A stretch of 64,000 nucleotides of DNA from Trichoplax adhaerens. Taxonomy: Eukaryota > Animalia > Placozoa. The first letter of the stretch is position 1. The number at the start of each line of letters is the position of its first letter. The translations under genes were made by a program, and so were the position numbers. The notes below the pieces were generated by a model. That model had not been told where the DNA came from. It ran no database searches and was given only the letters and a program-made list of their open reading frames with translations. The stretch lies in assembly GCF_000150275.1 (NCBI RefSeq), contig NW_002060946.1, positions 5,103,454 to 5,167,453 of the forward strand. The letters run 5' to 3'. This document shows positions 55,726 through 64,000 of this stretch, piece by piece.

Positions 55726-57007
55726 CCCCATCCACTTCGAGTAGCCAAGCCAGCCCTTGCTTTTTTATCATTGTGAAGTGTTTAAACAAATTATCTATGT
55801 AATTTTGGATTGGTTATGAAATTATTGATAAAACTGATTGGCGACATGAGCAAAGATGTTCATTAGTCATAGTTTGTATCCTTATTACTATCAGTGATTG
55901 TAATTTTTAGTACAACGGCATAGAATGAATAACAAAGCGAGCAAATATATTCAATATCATATTCTAATAGATTAAATATTATTTCTGTTTATCCTGCACT
56001 AACGTTTGCGTTAAAACTATTAATTCAGAGCTTCTCTAACGCTTTGATGGCATAGAGCAATTTCATTAAAGCTAATATATTGTCAGTATACGCCCAGATA
56101 TAAAATTCAAATTCAAACGTTTGAATTGAAATGAAAGTATATCATTTGTACTGTATTATATCTAAACTATTTTTGATTTTTTTCAATTTTTTAACTATTT
56201 ATTCCGCAGTAATTTTATAATCGAGTGTTGATGCACTTTAGCTGGTCGAAATATTTATAAATTGTTGTATTTATATCTAGCTCAAAGTGCTCATTTCAAA
56301 GATTACTTACGGCTTTAAAACTATATTTAAATGGCCAGACTAAATGTACGCAATCGCTAAACCAAATATAAATTATTTATTTTACAAATGAATAAAAGAG
56401 CTTGACATATTGAATAAAAATTGTTGCTATTTCAATGTTATGGTCAGAACAATCGCAAAAGATCAGGTTGACATTAATTCGGTATTGTGATTGCCTTTAG
56501 TAATTCGTTGCGAAAAAGCAGTACAATGCCGAAGCTATAATGCAAGCACATTAGTTTGAAGTAGATTCAAGTTATATCGATGCTACAATTACAGCATGTT
56601 TAGCATCAAAGGCAGAAAAATCATGTCCCTTTCATTTTTTGAACATAGAATAAAGAGTTGAGCCAAGAAGTGTATGGCTGGCATGGTCATTACATGATAC
56701 AGATTATGCTAACGATGCTATGAATTAAAATAATGTCAGAAATACAATATCAAGAAAGTCAGTAAAGTTGCACATGTTATAAGCATTTTTAAGCAAATGA
56801 CTTATTCCTAGCTAACAATTATTCGGTACATCATCCAACTAAAGATTTTATGGATACTTTGTGACTCACTGACTTTAAGTCCAGTCCAGGACTAGACTGT
56901 GCTGAAATCTATTATTGTGAGTTACGATAATTAATTATAATTACTATTTCAAGTAAGTATTAATTTGGTAATATTTTATCTCTGTTAGGTTGCCTATACA
57001 ATTCAGG

Positions 57008-58856
57008 CTAATTTAGTTTCATTTGCTTCTTAAATAAGTCATCAGTTTTAATATCAAATGAAATTGTACCAGCTGATAATGACTGTAATTGTATGATTGC
57101 TTGGTCGACAGAAATAGCATAGATAAAATCTCCATCTTGACGAATAAGTCCAAGTTGCATTAATCGTTGTATAGCATCGGCTGCATTGAACTGAAGATTA
57201 ATATCAAATTGGGCTTTAATCCAATCCGATACTTGGCTCTCTACTAAGTCGACAGTCGTCCTACCTATCGGTCTGGCAATACTAGATGAATTGACATTGG
57301 TTGCATTTGACAATAAAATCACATAAACTAAGATCGCTTCTTTAACAATTTCATCATTAGCTCGATCCGTTAACAAGGCTAATACGCCACGATTATTAGC
57401 AATATTTTTATAATATAGAAGAGAGGACCAATTGACCAAATAAGCGTTGCGTTTGTTAGTGTATGCATTGTATCCGTTTAAAGCCATTACAGCAGCTACT
57501 CCAGCTGCAACCCAAACTGTGTTCACGATAGGATACTGAGCTAGCGCTGAGACAGATTTTGCAAGTAGGCTTATACCGCTAACACCTACTGATGCCATAA
57601 TAAATCTTCGAGTATTTTTACCCATTTTAATCTTAAAATCTGGTATTAATGCTTGCAGGTTATCTTTAGGAATGTCCTTGAAAACTTTTAATGTTAGCTT
57701 TTTATCGGATTTGGAACGTAAAATTGCAACCACACGGCGATATTGTTCCGGTGGCATAACATTCCTGATCTTATAATACATAATATCCATCATTCGAGAG
57801 TACAACGAGCGGTGAACATCGTGTATCCTTTCTCGTCCTCTCGCCCATAAGTCCAAGACCTCATATTTGGATGCGTCAGCAACAACCGATATGCTACTGC
57901 TTTTATGTTCTTGTAAAGATTTCTCTACGACAGCAGAAGGTATCTTGTAAAAGTTGGCCTTTTCTAATAAATGGGAGACATGCCTTATTAGCCAAAATTC
58001 ATTATCGAGTATTTCATTACGAGATAAACGACGAATGGCTTTGGTATCTTTGTCAGGATCAATACCGTCATATAAATCCTAAAAAAGCAATTCACATCAA
58101 TAAGTAACATCTTTGATTGATTTTTGTCCCTAAAGTTTTTAATGATTACTACTGGTGCTATCAGCGTCATCAAGAACATTTGAAAGTTATGTTGTTAAAG
58201 AAGTCATTGAAACTCTTTGATATTTATATTCTGCTATACAATTACTTTCGATCTATAACAAATATTGTATGTACAATCGTAGATTCGTTATTCATTTTAT
58301 ACAAGTATATGATAGAATGATTTAGACTATTAAAATTAGGCCTGCCAATTTAATGATAGCTAGTAGTAAAGCTATGTTGTGCTATCTAGGTTCCGCTTCA
58401 AGCGTGAACGCTTAGCAGTTTCGACATGCTTGTCCATTTACACGTGTAGATTACCTTGAGCTCCTCTAGGATACGATTGGATTGTTTGGTTATTGCATCT
58501 TCTAGCGTTAATGCCAGCTGGTCAAAATTTGCCTTTTCTTCTGAGGACAACAACTGGGGATTTTGATAAATATATCGGACAAGTGCACGTCTTGTGACAG
58601 GAATAAAGCGCTCAACATCGTACGAAGCAACGACGGATTGATCGATTGCATCATCCTTTGCTGCAACCTGTGTGGTTTGAGGACGATGCAAGCTAACGTT
58701 TAATTCTGTTTTATCGATCGGTTCATCCACTTTATCCTTAGCATGCTTTCTTACAGCTGACGATAGCGTTCTGACATTATAAACTGGCTTAATACCAGAG
58801 CTATTCCTCAACTGACGCAGTGAGCGAAATAAAGTAAGGCGAGCGCAGTTGGCCAT
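57008..58856 (-). CDS. TMEM143: Transmembrane protein 143 (DUF3754), ~490 aa, 2 exons, N-terminal mitochondrial-type presequence
   Basis: Exons 58455-58856 and 57008-58078 (phase 0, GT-AG). Motifs ERFIP, LYDGIDPDKDT, LLEKANF, YRRVV, LKVFKDIP..L..LIP, LYYKNIANN and RANDEIVKEA. The N-terminus is Arg-rich and lacks acidic residues. Confidence 0.9.
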
Positions 58857-59010
58857 TATTTCATCCTATCTTGGGGCAAGACCAGGGTGCGAAAGAATAC
58901 ACAGTACTGTATCGTTGTTGGCAATTGATCAATTAAGCTGATAGCAACACTTTGGGGTAGCTACTATATAACTACTCTATCGATAAATTATGGATTATTC
59001 CAATCCAAAG

Positions 59011-60151
59011 CTCCAAATCGTGATCCAAAGCGGCTACTTTTTTGCAAGGAAATGAGCCGAGAGGTGTATGATTCTAGTGTAGGATTGCGTGTACTCCAAT
59101 ACAGTATTGGAGATGAAGATTGCGTACCATCGTCTCTCTGTCTGTACTATAACTCGTTACCAACTACAGTATCATGGACTACGGTACACAGCACTGTAGT
59201 CCAAGAGTTGGTATTGTACAGACGCGCAGACGTACAGACTCTAATTCGTCTTGGAAGTCAGAGCTGCAGTACAGTACAGTACAGTAGTGTAGAGTACAGT
59301 ACTATACACTGTATCGGGTACAGTACACTACAGTGTGCAGTCATACAGTACAGTATATTGTACGGCCATGGACTCCAAATCGTGATCCAAAGCGGCTACT
59401 TTCTTGCACGCAAATGAGCCGAGAGCTGTATAATTCTAGTGCAGGATTGCGTAAACTCCAATACAAGTATTGGAGATGAAGATTGCGTACCGTCGTCTCT
59501 CTGTCTGTACTGTAAGTTCTGTAACTCGTTACCAACTACAGTATCACGGACTACAGTACACAGCACTGTAGTGCAGGAGTTGGTATTGTACAGACGTGCA
59601 GACGTACAGACTCTAATTCGTCTTGGAAGTTGAAAGTCAGCGCTGCAATACAGTACAGTACAGTACAGTACTGTACAGTAGTGTACTATACTGTACAGTA
59701 CTATATATTGTATCGGGTACAGTAAAACGTGCAGTCATGTACTGTACTGTACTGTACTGTACGGCCATGGACTCCAAATCGTGATCCAACGCGGCTCCTT
59801 TTTTGCACGCAAATGAGCCGAGTGCTGTATGATTCTACTACAGGATTGCGTATGCTCCAATATGGGAGATGAGAAGCCAGTGACCGAGATTTCGTACCAT
59901 CGTCTCTCTGTCCGTACTGTAACTCGTTACCAACTACAGTATCATAGACTACAGTACAGCACTGTAGTACAGGAGTTGGTATTGTGCAGACGTACAGACG
60001 TACAGTACAGTATACTGTAGACACTGATTCGTCTTGGAAGTCAGAGCTGCAATACAGTACTATACTGTACACTGTACCGGGTACGGGTACTGTACTGTAC
60101 GTACTGTACAGTACTGTGTGCAGTCATGCACTGTACGGCCATGGACTACAA
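59011..60151. repeat. Tandem array, ~360-400 bp x3 with internal (CAGTA)n/(GTACT)n, between divergent TMEM143 and DYNLRB
   Basis: 'ctccaaatcgtgatccaa.gcggct' starts at 59011, 59373 and 59772; each unit ends in 'gtacggccatggac'. Confidence 0.95.
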
Positions 60152-60425
60152 TACAGTATATTGCAAGATGTTACTGCGCGCGCGTACACCGACAAAATGG
60201 TAGTCCTATAAAATAGAGAACAGTACGAACTGACAGGCCTGTAAAAACAGACAGTACGTTGTCTGTCTCTCCGACAACAAGAAGTACGCGTACCCATGCG
60301 CGGACGCGTACTCAGTACTCAGTCATGCCCTATACAAAATCCATGCAAAGTCCAAAGTGGATGAAATCGGACGTTGGCAGTCATTTCTCTTCCAGTGCAC
60401 TTAGCAACCATATCAACATCACAAA

Positions 60426-61835
60426 ATGGTGAGTCCAATTAGGCAAAAAATAACCAGTAGTGCATGCTAGGATAAGTTGAAACTGTCTTCTATGTTGATT
60501 TGAACAATTTAATAATTTTGAAAAAGTCCAATGAAAGTGTTGAATTGCATTAATTACAGTCAGAAATTGAAGAAACCATTAAACGTATACAATCACATAA
60601 AGGAGTGGTGGGTATCGTCATCATCAACCATGACGGTGAGTTCGCTAAGCTACACGAATTACCTATTGGCATGGAGAAAGAGTAAACTTGTATGACTACA
60701 ATTTAAAATCAATCGATTTATCAACCGTAGATGATACTCTTGTGATTGCTTTCTTGATAGGATCTTGTAGACATTTTAAAAATGTGAATAGAGTGTTCTA
60801 CTATTGGTCGATAGTATTTTGACTCTCTAGATTAGACTTGCTAGTACTGGCTAGATGGAATACATCGTCTTCGTTTAGACGAGATACTACGTAATTTCTC
60901 TCCAATCACTTTACATTTAAAGCGACAGTAGTAGGATGAAGTGAACTGTCTTAGTGTAGGATAATCTAGTGGAACGTGTCTTTTTAATGTGACTTTTTTA
61001 AGTCTACAGTATGAATGCGATTACCCTAGAAATATCCGATCAAGTTCTCACAGACATTACAAGTACAGTATTGTGTAGATTTATATACGCAGTAAGTTGG
61101 ACACCTTTTAGATAGTATATATTATACTCGTTATAGACTAACCCAATAATCCGTCTACTGCATCATATCGATTGACGGTATGCAGAGAAAATGTTCGGGC
61201 CCCCTTGCATGAGTATGTATGAACGAGAGTGTTAATCAAGTAATAAACACCAGAGTTGCAGATACACCTGTAAAAGGCAACTGATCACGAAGAATCGAAG
61301 CGTAAACTTAACAAGTCGCATCTATTTTATCCACTCTCTTGTACTGTACTAATGCTGTCAATGATCATTCTTTATCCCGTAGGAATCCCTATCAGAACAA
61401 CCTTAGACAATGCTTTGACCGTCCAATATGCTGGATTGATTCACAGTTTTTGCTCTAAAGCTCGCGGAACTATTCGTGAAATTGACCCACAGGTAGTCAC
61501 TCACTTTGTTATTCCTCATACTAAAATATGATTCAACTGCGTATAATTATGAAGTTGAGATACTAAACTATCTTCATCTCTAATCAATGATAGAATGATT
61601 TAACATTTTTAAGAATTCGATCAAAGAAACATGAAATTATGATTGCTCCTGGTAAGAGAAATCTACTTTAGATTGTTGCCGTATGTGTTCTGTATTTTAC
61701 ACTTTATGTCTACATAGTACGACTGCAGTCTGCAGCTGCAAGCAGAATATATACAATTCTTTTCTAACAGTTTCACATTTTGACTTTTTAGATAAGGAAT
61801 ACCTGCTCCTAGTTATCCAAGATCCTAGCAGTTAA
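60426..61835 (+). CDS. DYNLRB: Dynein light chain roadblock/LC7, copy 1 (96 aa, 5 exons)
   Basis: Exons 60426-60428 (ATG only), 60560-60635, 61383-61492, 61594-61651, 61792-61835 give [96 protein letters not shown]. Confidence 0.96.
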
Positions 61836-62893
61836 AATGGGAAAAATAGGTTTTTATAATGTACAAATGATTTTATGCTGTAAATTTCCTAACACTACGC
61901 TACCGTTTCGATAGTATTGCAATCGAGGTGCGATATAGTCATGGGTAAATTGTAATGTAATGAAAATTATTCTTTTAACATCTTAATATTGTTCGTGTAA
62001 GAGTAAATGTCTTGTTTGTCAGTATGTTTGTCGAAAATTTTGGTGTAACTTACAATAATTTATTCATAGCCAATCATCTGTAATAGACTGTAGCAGTAGA
62101 TAATGTTATAGTTGGAATGAAGCTATCTTACATAACTTTGTGATCTTAAAAGTTGCGCAAATAAAAATTTCCGAGTATTATAAAGTAATGGTTTACAGGT
62201 ACAATTTTTAATCTTGTGGATGGTATCAAGACGCTCGTAACGTTAAGCACTGAGATTCCTACATAAGCATTAACAGCAAGTTGACCGACACCTGAAACGA
62301 AAATGTAGCTAGTTCTAGCTATATAAAAATGACCATAATATGTACCCAAACATGAGCTTTACAGCGCTAGTAGGTCAAGCTATTTAGAGTATTCGCTGAT
62401 GATAGCGCCTTTACAAATTTTAATAAATAAATTACTTGCATATCGCTAATCCAATAAGGCACTACTAGCTATGTTAAACATTGACGATATATCACTATCC
62501 CCTGCTTATCGTTAATCCAAGCTTAATTGAGCTATTTTGTTCATCCCAAAATGCTATACAGGTCAATACAGTTAGTTAGCAGTTAATGTAGAAATATACA
62601 CTAGCTGCTGAGTGAACTGCAACCTCCCAGTTTATCGCCTTAAGGAGTTGTAGATTAGTAATCCATTCCTAGTGCTTTAAACGCAAGTGCAACGCTATTG
62701 TACAATAATGCTTAGACGTAGCTCCGATATATTTGCTCATCTATTACTAGAGCCCGTATCCAGTACCTAAAATGCCATACCAAGTCTGTATACTCGACAG
62801 TATATTAGGTGCTACAATTATAAAGAGCTATCGTGGTTAATCTAGTATACTACCCAGGCAAAATTCTAAAGTCACAACACGTGATCAAGCTGC

Positions 62894-62974
62894 GTTGCCA
62901 AGATTCCATAGCAACGCTTTTATCCATGACTCTTAAAATCATTTTCTGTACTGTATACTAAATAACATGGCAAC
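62894..62974 (+). promoter_or_regulatory. Cluster of RFX X-box-like motifs upstream of roadblock copy 2
   Basis: GTTGCCA (62894), GATTCCATAGCAAC (62902-62915) and ATAACATGGCAAC (62962-62974), compared with the X-box consensus GTTNCCATGGNAAC. Confidence 0.5.
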
Positions 62975-63460
62975 CATACGGACACTGACGTTGAATTTAT
63001 TAATTATATTGTGTTTGTATCTTCCCATTCCAAATAACCCTTTAGTGTTGGTAAATTATTTCGTTGTCTATAGTTTGATATTAAATCAAACATGCTATCG
63101 TGCACAGCATTTATACTCATTCTTGCCTACTGAATGAGTAGCAAATCTTACTGAGATGATTTTAGTATCTAATCGATGCTAACAGTCGACGGATGGTAGT
63201 TATATACGTGTATGCATGAATACATAGTTTGATTATTGGCTAGCGGCGCTATAGTTTCTTAAACATTAAGGTTGGCCAAGTAGTAATCTGATACTTCAGT
63301 ATAATACTAAATAAGGAACGACCATCAACATTCCTGACCTGCTACAGACTTATTAAAGTATAGCTGCGTATAATACCGTTCGAAGTTGAAAAGACGACAA
63401 ATTGACCTTGTTAATTTAAAAACATCGACTTTAATATCTTCAATATACTGTATAAAAGAT

Positions 63461-63881
63461 ATGGTAAGATTGATCTAGCTATTTAAACGTAATTATTTTA
63501 TGCTTTTAATCAACGAAATCTTGTCGTGATTGCCAAAAATATTTTACTTACAATCATCGCTTGGGTTACCCGTAGAAATTATTTCAACCTGCACTAGAAA
63601 GAGGATTAGTACGAGCTTAAAGTTATACGAATGTTAATGAAATGAGGATGTTATAAATTTATTGCAACCATTTTATCATTTTTACTGCTCGATCGTTTAC
63701 AATTTAACTTAAAGCATTACGTTTGTATAACCATCTGAAATGCAAAAGATGATACGAAAAGTTGTAATTATCGTAAAATATTAAGAAATTCTCGCATACT
63801 CTTAGGGTGACGTAGAAGAAACTTTGAAACGTATCCAAAGTCATAAAGGCGTGATTGGGATCATTGTTGTTAATAATGAAG
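63461..63881 (+). CDS. DYNLRB: Dynein light chain roadblock/LC7, copy 2 (5' part; continues beyond window)
   Basis: ATG|gtaag at 63461-63463, then a 76-nt exon 63806-63881 ([26 protein letters not shown]) with the same size and phase as exon 2 of copy 1. Confidence 0.9.
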
Positions 63882-64000
63882 GTACGCATATCCTACTATG
63901 GTGGCTTTGACAATTAATCATAGCCAATGGATACATAAACTTATCCTACAGAATAGCGTTACCCTAGCCTTACTAAAAGACTTAAAATTGTAGCTGAAAA

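Noticed and set aside
59052-60216. Seven overlapping Tyr/Ser/Thr/Val/Cys-rich ORFs
   Set aside because: Artefacts of CAGTA/GTACT microsatellites in the 3-copy array.

Overview
AT-rich, intron-containing animal DNA. The composition, short GT-AG introns and CAGTA/GTACT microsatellites suggest a placozoan (Trichoplax-like) genome, but this is inference only. Most ORF-track entries are single exons or spurious, so I rebuilt spliced genes by hand. The window holds a minus-strand tandem cluster of three complete 8-exon SLC6 (Na+-coupled, amino-acid/'orphan' B0AT-like) transporter genes: A 9728-18028 (strongly divergent), B 20927-23944 and C 38508-41601. It also holds KIAA0513-like (+, 49902-55725), TMEM143 (-, 57008-58856) and two tandem roadblock/LC7 dynein light chain genes (+, 60426-61835 and 63461-window end). 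Between SLC6-B and SLC6-C is a repeat island with ~120-bp, ~265-bp and ~38-bp tandem arrays, an assembly gap and an unexplained GC-rich, hairpin-dense ~370-bp element. The best leads are that structured element, the remodelled SLC6-A pocket and TM11, an exon-4 gene-conversion tract between B and C, a paralog-specific PDZ tail, and RFX X-box-like motifs at the roadblock pair. I see no clearly new multi-gene system.
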